DNA of 64,000 nucleotides from an uncultured delta proteobacterium (GCA_963728565.1 CAVSLC010000009.1:1-64000), one strand, 5' to 3'; shown: positions 11,907 through 22,536, numbered from the stretch's first letter. A program made the numbers and translations. The notes: generated by a model not told the origin, from the sequence alone.

Positions 11907-13637
11907 ATGGCGACAGAGGTTTTGCCAAGAACCGAGACCACGGGGTTCCGACTGCTGCGCGAGCCGGCGCTGGTGATTCCCATCATCGGCGCCGCCGTGC
12001 TGATCTATCTGGCGGTGTTGCCGTTGTTCATGCTGGTTTACGGCAGCTTCGAGAAGGAAATTGCGCCGAGAGAATTTGTTGTTACTCTGGAAAATTATTA
12101 CGCTGCCTACGCCAGCCCGTATACCTATTCAACCTTCGTAAATTCCATCATTTTCGCCTCGGGATCGGCGACATTGACATTTCTGCTGGGGACGATGCTG
12201 GCGTGGCTCACCGAAAGGACCAATACACCTCTACGAAGTCTTTTCGTGCCGATTGCGGTCGTGCCGCTGATCCTGCCGGGAGTGCTCGAGTCGATCGCCT
12301 GGATATTTCTTCTGAGCCCCAAGTTCGGTTATCTCAACGTCTGGCTACAATGGCTCTTCGGGTTGCAATCAGCTCCTTTCAATGTGTTTTCTCTCCCCGG
12401 CATGATTTGGGTTCACTCGGTCGGGCAGGTGCCGCTGGCATTCCTGCTTATGGTCGCGGCGTTCAAATCGATGGATCCTTCGCTGGAGGAGTCGGCGATG
12501 ATGTCGGGGGCGAACACATGGCAGACCTTTCGTCGTGTGACCTTTCGCTTGCTCATGCCGACCACCGCTTCGGTGCTCTTGATTCTATTCGTTCGTACAT
12601 TGGAATCCTTCGAGACACCGGCACTCATCGGTATTCCGGCGCGTATTTACGTCTACACTAGTGAAATTTATTTAGCTTTTAACGAGTACCCGCCTGACTA
12701 TGGAAGGGGAGCGGCGCTGGCGGTGGGCTTACTTCTGCTGAGCGCCATCGGCGTCTGGCTGTACACTCGATCGACGCGCGAGAGCAAAAAATTTCAGACC
12801 GTCACCGGCAAAGCGTTCAGACCGCGGCAGTTCGATCTCGGACCGTGGAAATGGGTCGGCTTCAGCTTTCTGATGGTCTATTTCGTGTTCGTCGTTCTGC
12901 TGCCGTTCCTGGTCCTGTTCTGGGCATCCTTCCTGCCTTTCTTTGCTACTCCGGGCTGGGATGCGGTCGAGAAACTGAGTTTGGATAACTATCGCTATCT
13001 CCTGGGATTCAGGCCTTTTTGGGATGCCCTGAAAAATAGCATTATTCTCGCGACTCTGACCGCTACGGTCGCGATGACGCTGACGTCTCTCATTGCCTGG
13101 GTCGTCTACAAGAGCCGGCTTCCCGGATCATGGCTGCTGGATTTTTTGGCTTTCATACCGATTACCGTGCCGGGCATCGTCATGGGCATGGCTTTGATCC
13201 TTCTTTATGTCGCTTTTCCCTTGCCTATCTATGGCACGATCTGGTTGCTGCTGATCGCGTATGTGACCCGCTATATGCCTTATGGCATGCGCTCGGCGTC
13301 CGGCGCCATTGTGCAGATTCATAGCGAATTGGAGGAGGCAGCCTCCGCTTCCGGAGCGTCATGGTGGCAGACCTTCAAGCGTGTGACTTTGCCGCTTCTC
13401 AGGCCCGGCATTGCCGCCGGTTGGATTTACATCTGCATCGTTTCATTTCGCGAGTTTTCGACTTCAGTGTTGCTGGCAACCGGGGACAGCCGCGTGCTAT
13501 CGATTCTGTTGTTTACCATGTTTGAGCAGGGGCAGGTGACGATTGTCGCGGCCATCGGGATCTTGATGATTGTGGTTCTGCTTTCGATAGTGGCGGTTTT
13601 TTACAAGGTCTCTGGACGGTTTGGCATTCAGACATAA
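11907..13637 (+). CDS. ABC transporter permease, fused two-domain FbpB/AfuB type
   Basis: Two EAA loops (SLEESAMMSGA; ELEEAASASGA); many transmembrane segments. Confidence 0.9.
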   Translation: MATEVLPRTETTGFRLLREPALVIPIIGAAVLIYLAVLPLFMLVYGSFEKEIAPREFVVTLENYYAAYASPYTYSTFVNSIIFASGSATLTFLLGTMLAWLTERTNTPLRSLFVPIAVVPLILPGVLESIAWIFLLSPKFGYLNVWLQWLFGLQSAPFNVFSLPGMIWVHSVGQVPLAFLLMVAAFKSMDPSLEESAMMSGANTWQTFRRVTFRLLMPTTASVLLILFVRTLESFETPALIGIPARIYVYTSEIYLAFNEYPPDYGRGAALAVGLLLLSAIGVWLYTRSTRESKKFQTVTGKAFRPRQFDLGPWKWVGFSFLMVYFVFVVLLPFLVLFWASFLPFFATPGWDAVEKLSLDNYRYLLGFRPFWDALKNSIILATLTATVAMTLTSLIAWVVYKSRLPGSWLLDFLAFIPITVPGIVMGMALILLYVAFPLPIYGTIWLLLIAYVTRYMPYGMRSASGAIVQIHSELEEAASASGASWWQTFKRVTLPLLRPGIAAGWIYICIVSFREFSTSVLLATGDSRVLSILLFTMFEQGQVTIVAAIGILMIVVLLSIVAVFYKVSGRFGIQT

Positions 13638-13649
13638 GGAAACCCAGTC

Positions 13650-14753
13650 GTGATCGAAGTAAAGTCATTGGTTAAGATCTTTGCCGACGGTAAGAACGCC
13701 GGAGTAAGGGCGGTTGACCGGGTCTCCTTCAATGTTGAAGAGGGACGATTCTATACCCTCTTGGGACCCTCGGGTTGTGGCAAGACAACGACGCTTAGAT
13801 GCATCGCCGGTTTGGAAAAGGCCGATGAAGGCGAAATTATTGTTGCCGGACAGAAAGTTTTTTCAGCCTCCAGTCGCACGTTTGTCCCGGCTTATCGTCG
13901 GCCTATCGGCATGGTTTTTCAGAGCTACGCCATTTGGCCGCACATGACGGTTTTTGAGAATGTCGCCTTTCCCCTGAGGGTGGGCAAACAGAAGGTCAGC
14001 AACGAGGAGATTCGAAGGAAGGTGATGACCGCCGTTGAGCAGGTTGAGCTGGGAGGTTACGAAGACCGGATGGCGACGCAGCTTTCCGGCGGCCAGCAGC
14101 AACGTCTTGCGTTGGCTCGGGCGCTGGTCCGGGAGCCGAAAGTCCTGCTCTTGGATGAGCCACTAAGTAACCTCGATGCCAAGCTGCGCGAGCGCATGCG
14201 CGTGGAGCTTCGCGAGTTGCAGCGGCGCCTGGGCATCACTACCTTGTATGTTACGCATGATCAGATCGAAGCATTATCGATGTCCAATGTCATTGCGGTG
14301 ATGAGCGCCGGGGTGACTGTTCAGGAAGGGACTCCGCGTGAGATCTATCTTCAGCCCAGGAGTAAATTTGTTGCGCAATTCATCGGCTCGACCAATCAAA
14401 TCAGCGGGCAAGTCACAAACCGGGGAAGCGATGGAACCGGCATCGTGAGAACCGAGGAGGGGGAGCTCTCCTGCGGGATTTTGACTGAATTGAAAGCCGG
14501 CGACAAGGTGGTCGTTGTGGTGCGCCCGGAAAGCATTGTCCTGCATCAAAAGAAGCCCTCGCAGGGAGACAATGTCTTGGAGGGTAAGATCGGTGCTGCG
14601 ATGTTTCTCGGCGAGTATGTCGATTGCACGATCGAGCTCGGCAAGCATGTTCTAGAGACTCATCAACCCCATTCGCTTCGAGTGCGCCGCGGCGACACTG
14701 TTTGGGTGGAATTGCCGGTGGGCGACTGTATGGCCCTGCCTGCCGAGCAGTGA
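13650..14753 (+). CDS. ABC transporter ATP-binding protein (FbpC/PotA type, TOBE domain)
   Basis: GPSGCGKT, LSGGQQQR, LLLDEPLSNLD. Confidence 0.95.
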   Translation: MIEVKSLVKIFADGKNAGVRAVDRVSFNVEEGRFYTLLGPSGCGKTTTLRCIAGLEKADEGEIIVAGQKVFSASSRTFVPAYRRPIGMVFQSYAIWPHMTVFENVAFPLRVGKQKVSNEEIRRKVMTAVEQVELGGYEDRMATQLSGGQQQRLALARALVREPKVLLLDEPLSNLDAKLRERMRVELRELQRRLGITTLYVTHDQIEALSMSNVIAVMSAGVTVQEGTPREIYLQPRSKFVAQFIGSTNQISGQVTNRGSDGTGIVRTEEGELSCGILTELKAGDKVVVVVRPESIVLHQKKPSQGDNVLEGKIGAAMFLGEYVDCTIELGKHVLETHQPHSLRVRRGDTVWVELPVGDCMALPAEQ

Positions 14754-14902
14754 TCTTTCGTGGTTCTTTTATGGGCCCGGTCCTTGGATAGCCCACATTT
14801 CGTTGACCACCTGGCCCTTCGTCCATCGTCCCATTTTTCGTTATTGTTTCCTACGCAAGCTTGTGTGTTAGAAAAAATTTCATCGCGCATTTCGGAGGTA
14901 CG

Positions 14903-15890
14903 ATGAGGATCGTGGTAGAGCTATGGTTGGCTGTTATGTTGTTGTTGGTTCTGACGGTCGCAGTCCTTTAGCCAAGAACGTATCAAAATCGCCTACAGTT
15001 CAGCCGACGCATCGAATGTGGTGTGGTTCACCGCACTCGATGCGGAGCTGTATAGGAAACATGGACTCGATGTCGAGCTGGTTTTTATCCAAAGCTCGAC
15101 CATGAGCGTCTCCACGTTGGTCTCAGGCGATATTCAGGTTGCCAACAGCTCCGGGGGCGCGGTGGCGAGTGCAGTTGTGGCCGGCGCCAACCTGATCATG
15201 ACCGCATGCTATATCAATACGTTGCCCTACGAACTGGTGGTTCAGGAGTCGGTGAAATCGGTGGAAGACTTGAAAGGGAAAAGCGTCGGCATCAGCCGTG
15301 TGGGAAGTGCTTCGGACGTAGCGGCAAGGGTATTGATCAAAGGATTGGGTTTGGAGCCGGTGAAGGAAGTGCCGATCATGCAAGTGGGTGGCCCGTCGGA
15401 GCGAGCGGCGGCGTTTAGAACGGGTAAAATCGTCGGCTTTCCGTCACCGCCCGGAACCATCCACCTTGCCAAGGGTATGCCCCATCGGATTATGATCAGC
15501 ACGGCGGACTTTCAAAAGCGTTTCGATTTTCCGTATATTTGCTCCACCACCACAAAGAGTTATCTGGCGAGCAACCGGGAAACTTTGAGAAAGCTCACCA
15601 TGGCGCTTATTGAAGCGACCCATTTCCTTAAGACCCGTAAGCAAGACACCATGAAGTTTATCGCCAAGTACACGCGTCAGAATAATCCGCAATTCCTAGA
15701 GTCATCCTGGGCCGCCAACGCGAAGTTGCACGATCGTGTCCCATTGGTTACCCGTGAAGGAACCGAGGTGCAAATAAAAGAGGCGCTGGCGCGAAAGCCC
15801 GGCGCTACTTTGCGCGTCGAGGATATCATCGACGACAGCATCGTGCGCGAATTGGAGAAGACCGGGTTTATCGACAAAGTCTACAAGTAG
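14903..15890 (+). CDS. ABC substrate-binding protein, NMT1/SsuA family; 5' frameshift(s)
   Basis: RBS GGAGG then ATG 14903; HGLDVELV, LKGKSVGISRVGSASD. Confidence 0.75.
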
Positions 15891-15909
15891 GTCAACCACA
15901 AAAATACCC

Positions 15910-16500
15910 ATGATCATCGCTGTCGTTCTTTCCGCGGGCGAGTCCAGTCGCATGGGCCGCCCCAAGGCGCTATTGCCGATCGAAGGCCAGAAGTTTATCG
16001 AACGCATTATCCGTGTGATCGGGCAGAGCAGGGTAGGTCGAACCATCGTTGTCTTGGGTCATCATGCCGATCAATTGCGCGGCCAAATCGAGCATTTGCC
16101 GGTCGAGGTGGTGATCAATCCCGATTACCGCAGCGGCCAACTATCGTCCTTGCAGGCAGCCATACGTCATATCAGTAACGATGATCGATGCGATGGCATG
16201 CTGGTCCATTTAGTGGATCATCCCTTTATCGATGTCGCGCTGGTGGACGCGCTGATCGAGAGTTTCTTCGAAACAAAAAAAATGATCGTGGTGCCGCGCT
16301 ATAAAGGGAAGCGCGGTCACCCGGTTATTTTTTCGCGCGAATTATTCGGAGAGTTGCTCGATGCTCCCCTTGATCAGGGCGCCAAGGCGGTGGTGAATGC
16401 GCATCGCCAAGAAACCCTGGAGATTGAATGGCAGGATGAGGGCATTACGTTAGATATCGATACCCCTGAGCTTTATCGACAATATGTAAAAGGAGAATAG
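15910..16500 (+). CDS. mocA: Molybdenum cofactor cytidylyltransferase (MocA/YgfJ family)
   Basis: LSAGESSRMGRPKALL, DHP, GKRGHPV, DIDTP. Confidence 0.8.
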   Translation: MIIAVVLSAGESSRMGRPKALLPIEGQKFIERIIRVIGQSRVGRTIVVLGHHADQLRGQIEHLPVEVVINPDYRSGQLSSLQAAIRHISNDDRCDGMLVHLVDHPFIDVALVDALIESFFETKKMIVVPRYKGKRGHPVIFSRELFGELLDAPLDQGAKAVVNAHRQETLEIEWQDEGITLDIDTPELYRQYVKGE

Positions 16501-17472
16501 ATGTCCAGATTGAAACTTGCTCTGGCTTGCGGCGATTACGATTTCTTGCGGCCATTGATCAATGGCGAAATCCAGCCGCAGGGTATTGATTTAAATGTAC
16601 TCACCATGCCCTCTCCAGAGCGGCATGGCCGGATGCTCCGGCATGAAGAATTCGACGTCTGCGAGCTATCACTGATCGCCTATTTGGTGTCTCATGATCG
16701 CGGCTGCAACTACACCGCGATTCCGGTTTTCCCGCACCGCCGGTTTCGGCACTCCTACATGGTCAAGAGAACCGGCTGCGGCATCGACAAACCCTCGGAC
16801 CTAAACGGCAAGAGAGTGGCTCTTGATACTTTGCAGAACTCCGCCGGCCTGTGGATGCGCGGCATCCTTCAGGACCATTACGGCGTCGACTTGAAGTCCA
16901 TCGAATGGTGGTGCCAGGAGGAAGAGGACATCGCTTTCGAACCGGCAAAGTGGATGAACGTCAAGCGCGTGCCGTCGGGGAAAAACGTCGACCGAATGCT
17001 GCTCGATGGCGAGCTGGAAGCGGCGCTTTATCCGGAGACGTTGCCATCGATCAAAGCGGGCTCGCCCAAAGTTGCTCTGTTGTTTGCCGATCCGAAGAAG
17101 GCCGAAATGGAGTACTACAAAAACGGCGGCCATTTTCCGATCATGCACACCGTGGTTGTGAGGAACGCGATTCTCGAGAAAAACCCGTGGGTAGGAGTCA
17201 GCCTGGTGCGGGCGTTTCAGAGAGCGAAAGAAATTTGTTACGAACGCAATAGCGATCCGCGCAGCTTTGCGCTTGTCTGGGTCCAGGATCTTATCCGAGA
17301 ACAACGCGAGATCTTTGGTCCCGACCCTTGGCCCTACAATCTGGAAGAGAACCGAAGGACGTTGGAGGCGGCGATCCGATACGAATATGAGCAAGGAATG
17401 ATCAAACGAAAGCTCGAGCCGGAGGAGTTATTCTTTCCACCGAGCCTGCAGCGGATTCAACAATACCTTTAA
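16501..17472 (+). CDS. 4,5-dihydroxyphthalate decarboxylase-like protein (cytoplasmic, binding-protein fold)
   Basis: LACGDYD, FDVCELS, PVFPHRRFRHS, FPIMH, DPWPY; no signal peptide. Confidence 0.75.
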   Translation: MSRLKLALACGDYDFLRPLINGEIQPQGIDLNVLTMPSPERHGRMLRHEEFDVCELSLIAYLVSHDRGCNYTAIPVFPHRRFRHSYMVKRTGCGIDKPSDLNGKRVALDTLQNSAGLWMRGILQDHYGVDLKSIEWWCQEEEDIAFEPAKWMNVKRVPSGKNVDRMLLDGELEAALYPETLPSIKAGSPKVALLFADPKKAEMEYYKNGGHFPIMHTVVVRNAILEKNPWVGVSLVRAFQRAKEICYERNSDPRSFALVWVQDLIREQREIFGPDPWPYNLEENRRTLEAAIRYEYEQGMIKRKLEPEELFFPPSLQRIQQYL

Positions 17473-17882
17473 CCATCGGGGGCTTCGACTGGTCGGCTAA
17501 ACTGATGTCGCGTCATCGATCCGGCGGAGGGAGGGGGCGATCACTTTCAATGTTGAGGCGGCGGCAAAGTCGCCGAGCTGAGATCAATCGGTCCCGCCAG
17601 CGCATTCTCGTCCATGACAACTGTTTGAAGGCCAACGCGATAAGCGATCCTCCGGACATCGCAAATTCGATTTAACACCGGGCTTGCTTTGCTCCCACTG
17701 CACCCGCGCCACTCTAAAAGCAGCAATACCTGATTCAGCGTCAGCACACTGACGGATGTCCTCTTGGTATAAACAAACGCCCCTCAGGATAGCCGCGGCG
17801 GCCGCGACCGTTTGGCGGCTGTTGTTCTCCGATTACGGTTCACTTCGAACCGGCCATCACTATGCGGAAAAACGAAGCACAA

Positions 17883-19056
17883 TTACCGACCCGGTGCGGG
17901 AAAGTTGAATTCTTCTTCGGTGGCGTTGGTGGTTCCTAGACGGATCAGTGTTTCTATGTCAAGCCGGCTTTCGTCCTGTTCCACGTCAGCGAGCCGCGCC
18001 TTGGTAGCCGGATGTTTCGGAACAAAAAGCTGGCAACAATCCTGGTCTGGAATGGACGAGATCTCGTAAGTCCCGATGCGCCGCGCCTGATCGATGATTT
18101 CCTGTTTGTCCATGCCGACCAGCGGCCGAAGAATCGGCAGCTGCGCTGCTTGTTGAATCACTGCCATATTTTGCAAGGTTTGTGAGGCTACTTGAGCTAG
18201 ACTTTCGCCGGTAATCAAGGCTTGGCATTTTTCGCGGCGCGCGACTTGCTCGGCAATTCGCAGCATCATTCTCCGATACAAGATGACCCGCAGCGGCCTG
18301 GCGACAGCCGCAACAATTTGGCGCTGAATCTCGCCAAACGGGATGAGGTAAAGGCGCGATTGAAACTGGCAACGTGTCAGCTCGCTGACTAGCTGGCGCA
18401 CTTTCTGCTGCGACGTCTGATCGAGATATGGGGCGCTGTGAAAGTGAACGAAAATCAAACGGCAACCGCGCTGCATCATTCGATAGGCGCCGACCGGCGA
18501 ATCAATGCCTCCCGAAATGAGCGCAACCACTCTGCCGCTGGCCCCGACCGGTAAGCCCCCGGGTCCGGCAATTTTATTGAAACCAAAGAAAGCGTCCCGC
18601 GGCAGGATTTCCACCGTCACCGTCAATTCCGCATTGGTCAGGTTTACACGACGCGCCTGTTCGATTTTTTACCGCGGCGCCAAGCTGCCGATTGATCTCC
18701 GGCGACTTCAAAGCGAATGTTTTATCGCCGCGTTGGGTATCGATACGGAAGGAACTAAATCGGCTGCCGTCAAGCGAATCGAGGATTCGAGCGCGAAGAT
18801 TTTCGATATCTCTAGGGGTTCGTTCTACCATGGAAAAATTTGCCACGCCAAATACGCTTCGGATTCGCTCGGTTAAAACTTCGCTATCGAAGTCGGCTTT
18901 GAACGTCAGTAAAAGGCGGGCGGGTAGGCTGCGAATCTCTTTGATGCCGAGATCCTTGACCGCCGAGATGAGGTTTCGCTTTAACAGCTCGATGAAGTAG
19001 CGGCGATTGCCTTTCTTCAAGGCGATCTCGTGATAACGAATCAGTACCGAATCCAT
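17883..19056 (-). CDS. thiI: tRNA 4-thiouridine synthase ThiI (THUMP + PP-loop, no rhodanese domain); frameshift near 18650
   Basis: RYHEIALKKGNR, GPGGLPVG, SGGIDS, GESLAQVASQT, RPLVGMDKQEII, DCC. Confidence 0.9.
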
Positions 19057-19153
19057 CGTTAAGCGATAGCAAATTCCGCCTGGTTTTGCATGTTTTTACC
19101 CCTATGGTAGTATCCGGTCAGCTATTCAATAGTCCAAGTCAGGAAACAAACCT

Positions 19154-19474
19154 ATGTTCAAGAGTCTCGCCGAAGCAAAGCAGTTCGCTGCCGACAAGAT
19201 GAAAAAAAATATGCTGTTTGGGACGGATCGGTTTGTCTGTGATGTTTACTGTTTCGAGCCGGGACAAACCCAGGCGCCGCACGTGCATGATGGACAGGAC
19301 AAGGTTTACTACGTCGTCGAGGGACGGGGTCTATTTCAAGTCGGCAATGAAGAGAGAGAATTGGGCGCGGGAGAAATGGCGCTGGCTGCTTCAGGACAAA
19401 ATCACGGCGTCAGCAATCGCAGCCAACAGCAATTGGTAGTGTTGGTGTTCATCACCCCCAACCCGTCGCATTGA
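19154..19474 (+). CDS. Cupin-domain protein
   Basis: HVHDGQDKVYYVVEGRG...HGV cupin motifs. Confidence 0.8.
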   Translation: MFKSLAEAKQFAADKMKKNMLFGTDRFVCDVYCFEPGQTQAPHVHDGQDKVYYVVEGRGLFQVGNEERELGAGEMALAASGQNHGVSNRSQQQLVVLVFITPNPSH

Positions 19475-19479
19475 CTACA

Positions 19480-19902
19480 ATGCAGGAAGAGAAACTGGAA
19501 GTCGTCAGGGCCAACGAGAGTTTCTACCGTGCTTTCGAAAGCCTTGACATCAAAGAGATGGAAAAGATTTGGGCGAGGGATTACGACATTCAATGCGGGC
19601 ATCCGGGGTGGCGGATCTTGAGGGGATGGGAAGCGGTCATGGAAAGCTGGCGGCGCATTTTTGAGAACACACCCTCCATGCGTTTCATGCTGACCGACGT
19701 TACCGTGGACGTCCGTGGTAACGTGGCTTGGGTGACGCTCTATGAAAACCTGACCAGTTCTCTTGAGGGTCAGAACATTTCAGTAACGATTTTGGCAACC
19801 AATGTTTTTCTCAAGAACTCCGGCGCTTGGCGGATGATTCACCATCACGGATCATCGGTGGCGCCCTTGGGACCGCAGAGCGATCCATCAACCGTTCATT
19901 AG
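19480..19902 (+). CDS. NTF2/SnoaL-like protein
   Basis: ANESFYRAFE, HPGW...GWEAVMESW, ATNVF, MIHHHGS. Confidence 0.8.
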   Translation: MQEEKLEVVRANESFYRAFESLDIKEMEKIWARDYDIQCGHPGWRILRGWEAVMESWRRIFENTPSMRFMLTDVTVDVRGNVAWVTLYENLTSSLEGQNISVTILATNVFLKNSGAWRMIHHHGSSVAPLGPQSDPSTVH

Positions 19903-19939
19903 GAGACCTGCTGAAAAAGCCTCATTCGCAGTCATTCCA

Positions 19940-20659
19940 GTGAACAGCCTCGCGGGGAAAATAGCCATTGTTACCGGCGCCGGCCGCGGCATCGGCAGGG
20001 CTGTTGCTTCCAATCTGGCAGAGTGCGGCTGCAGGGTGATTTTGACTGCCCGCACATCGGCTCAGCTCGAACAAGTCCAGCAGGAAATATCGAGATCCGG
20101 CGGCGAGGCGATCGCCATCGCGGCAGACTTGACCCGTGACAATGAAATTCAACGGCTCGTCGAAGAAAGCCGGCAGCGCATGGGAGCGCCCGATATCCTG
20201 ATCAACAATGCCGGTTGGGGAAAGCGCGCGCCCGTCATCAAAGTACCAAGTGAAGATCTGGATCAGACGTTGCGGCTCAATCTCCGCGGCCCAATGGTTC
20301 TTGCCCGCTGGCTTGTCCCCAGCATGATTGAAAAAGGCGAGGGAGCAGTGATCAATATCGGTTCGGTCTCAGGAAAAACCGGGGAAGCCAATGGCGCTGC
20401 CTATTCGGCGTCCAAGTTCGGCTTGATCGGATTCACCCAATCCTTGTATGAAGAAGTGCGCCAGTACGGCATCAAGGTTGCCGTAATCTTGCCGGGATTT
20501 GTCGATACTCCGCTAATTCCGCCCAACCGGCAACTCGACCGCAGCAAGATGATTCAACCGGCGGACGTGGCGCAGACGGTTCATTACATCCTGGCCTCAG
20601 CGCCGACCTGTTGTCCGGTGGAGATCACTCTACGGCCACAAAAAAGTCCCTACCGTTAA
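19940..20659 (+). CDS. Short-chain dehydrogenase/reductase
   Basis: TGAGRGIG, NNAG, YSASK. Confidence 0.9.
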   Translation: MNSLAGKIAIVTGAGRGIGRAVASNLAECGCRVILTARTSAQLEQVQQEISRSGGEAIAIAADLTRDNEIQRLVEESRQRMGAPDILINNAGWGKRAPVIKVPSEDLDQTLRLNLRGPMVLARWLVPSMIEKGEGAVINIGSVSGKTGEANGAAYSASKFGLIGFTQSLYEEVRQYGIKVAVILPGFVDTPLIPPNRQLDRSKMIQPADVAQTVHYILASAPTCCPVEITLRPQKSPYR

Positions 20660-20672
20660 TTCGTAGTCGGCG

Positions 20673-21356
20673 CTAAGAGCATAGGGCTTCAAGTTGAGAC
20701 TGACCGATCCCTTCTAAGCTATCGATGATGCTGTCGGCCTCGTTGAGAAGTTCCGGCGGATGCGAATTGGTCACAGCCAGACATTTCATACCGGCGCGAC
20801 GAGCGCCACGGATTCCTTCCTTGGAATCTTCGATGACCAGACATTCGGCCGGGCTGATGGGATGATCGTTTCTGAGAGCGGCGTTCAATTGCGCCAATGC
20901 CTTTAGAAAAATTTCCGGCTCAGGCTTTCCCCGAGTAACGTCCTCCGCGCTCACGATCGCGCGGAAATGTGCCGAGAGTCCGATGCCCGAGAGAATGATC
21001 TCGATCTCGTTTCTTAAAGCGCCCGAGGCGATGGCGAGAGGTAGTTTCTGCGCCAGCTGCGGGACTAGCGTTTGGACCCCAGGGAAGACCCTCATCTTGC
21101 TCTTGATGTCTTCCTGGTAGTAGGCGGCTTTGCGTTCAATAAGTTGGGCGAGCTTTGAATGGCTAAGTGCTCGGCCATGCTCACGATAGGCCTTCGTGAA
21201 TGCGCCACGATCGTCGCAGCCAAGATAGCGAGCATAGTAGTCTGCCTCGGTTAGCTTGATGCCCTCCTCGTTGAGAACTCGTTGGAATAGCGCGAAATGG
21301 ATCGGTTCGTCGTCGACGATGATCCCGTTAAAATCAAAAATGACAGCGCGAAGCAT
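20673..21356 (-). CDS. HAD-superfamily phosphatase (beta-PGM-like)
   Basis: IFDFNG, KPEPEIF, VIEDS. Confidence 0.85.
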   Translation of the reverse strand: MLRAVIFDFNGIIVDDEPIHFALFQRVLNEEGIKLTEADYYARYLGCDDRGAFTKAYREHGRALSHSKLAQLIERKAAYYQEDIKSKMRVFPGVQTLVPQLAQKLPLAIASGALRNEIEIILSGIGLSAHFRAIVSAEDVTRGKPEPEIFLKALAQLNAALRNDHPISPAECLVIEDSKEGIRGARRAGMKCLAVTNSHPPELLNEADSIIDSLEGIGQSQLEALCS

Positions 21357-21415
21357 CGTTGACCGTACCCAAAGTTTTCTTTTACTTCAAGTAAATATCC
21401 GGTAAAAAGAAATCT

Positions 21416-21958
21416 ATGACATCAGCAGATCATCAGCATCATGCGCACGGCCATATTGAATATCGATTCTGTCCTCGCTGTGGCGGTGGGCTGGAGAAGA
21501 GATCGATCAAAACGATGGAGCCAAAGCGCCTGGTATGCCGGGCTTGTTCTTTTATCTTTTATCAGGATCCGAAGGTCGTCGCCGGCACGATTTTCACATT
21601 GAACGGCCGTATCGTATTGCTCCGGCGCGGCGTCGAGCCTGCCATGGGTAAATGGGTTTTTCCCGGCGGTTATGTCGATCGCGGCGAGAGTGTTCAGGAG
21701 GCTGCCGTGCGAGAGACGCTTGAGGAGTCGCGGCTCCAAGTGGAACTGGACGGACTTATCGATGTTTATTCCTATCCGAAGTCTCCCAATGTCATCATCG
21801 TTTACCGGGCGCATATTACCGGCGGTGAGCTGGCCGCTGGAGATGAGTCGGTGGAAGCAGCCACATTCGTTGCGAGCCAGATTCCTTGGCGGGACCTCGC
21901 CTTCGACAGCACCCGCGACGCCCTCAAGGACTACGTTAAGCTTTACTTGAACGCTTAG
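21416..21958 (+). CDS. NUDIX hydrolase with N-terminal zinc ribbon
   Basis: FCPRCG...CRAC; Nudix box GGYVDRGESVQEAAVRETLEE. Confidence 0.9.
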   Translation: MTSADHQHHAHGHIEYRFCPRCGGGLEKRSIKTMEPKRLVCRACSFIFYQDPKVVAGTIFTLNGRIVLLRRGVEPAMGKWVFPGGYVDRGESVQEAAVRETLEESRLQVELDGLIDVYSYPKSPNVIIVYRAHITGGELAAGDESVEAATFVASQIPWRDLAFDSTRDALKDYVKLYLNA

Positions 21959-22000
21959 AGCTGCTAAACCCGAGCCTACTCTACGGCTAAGGAGGTTGAT

Positions 22001-22468
22001 ATGGCGATGCCAAGCGTTGGGCACAAAGCACCCGACTTCACCTTGCCCATCTCACGCGAACATAATGTATCACTAAAGGACTACCAGGGTAGCAAGAACG
22101 TAGTGTTGGCGTTCTATCCGCTGGATTTCACCGGCGGTTGAGAGCGTGAGCTAAGCAGCTTCGAAAAAGACCGCAAGGAATTCGAAGCCCGCGACGCTCA
22201 GGTTCTGAGCGTAAGTGTCGATTCGGTTTTCTCTCACAAAGTATTTGCCGAAAGAATGGGCGGTATCAACTTCCCGATGCTGTCGGACTTCTGGCCTCAT
22301 GGTGCAGTGTGCGCGCAATATGATTGTTTGCGACCGCAGGGAATGCCGAAGCGCGCGGTCTTCATTATCGACAAACACGGGACGATTCGATTCGCCCAAG
22401 AGTACGACAAGGGCGTTCCGGAAAATTCTGATCTGTTTAATGAGCTCGACAAAATCAATCAAAGCTAG
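22001..22468 (+). CDS. ahpE: AhpE-type peroxiredoxin, probable selenoprotein (Sec at TGA 22139-22141, codon 47)
   Basis: RBS AAGGAGGT; FYPLDFTGG-TGA-ERELS matches PxxxTxxC; same frame continues to SDFWPHG and KRAVFIID; downstream hairpin. Confidence 0.85.
22158..22188 (+). promoter_or_regulatory. Candidate bacterial SECIS element
   Basis: GCTTCGAA (22158-65) pairs with TTCGAAGC (22181-88); apical CC-GCAA-GG with G-first loop about 32 nt 3' of the UGA. Confidence 0.55.
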
Positions 22469-22479
22469 GAAGGATATTT

Positions 22480-22523
22480 AAAAAAAGGCCCGCTCCATCA
22501 AGGATGGCAGCGGGCCTTTTTTT
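22480..22523. terminator. Bidirectional rho-independent terminator
   Basis: A7-GGCCCGCT-CCATC..GATGG-C-AGCGGGCC-T7 between convergent genes. Confidence 0.85.
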
Positions 22524-22536
22524 ATCCGGGTGGTTC

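Noticed and set aside
17547-17747. 66-aa minus-strand ORF downstream of thiI
   Set aside because: No motif and poorly spaced RBS; cannot be supported
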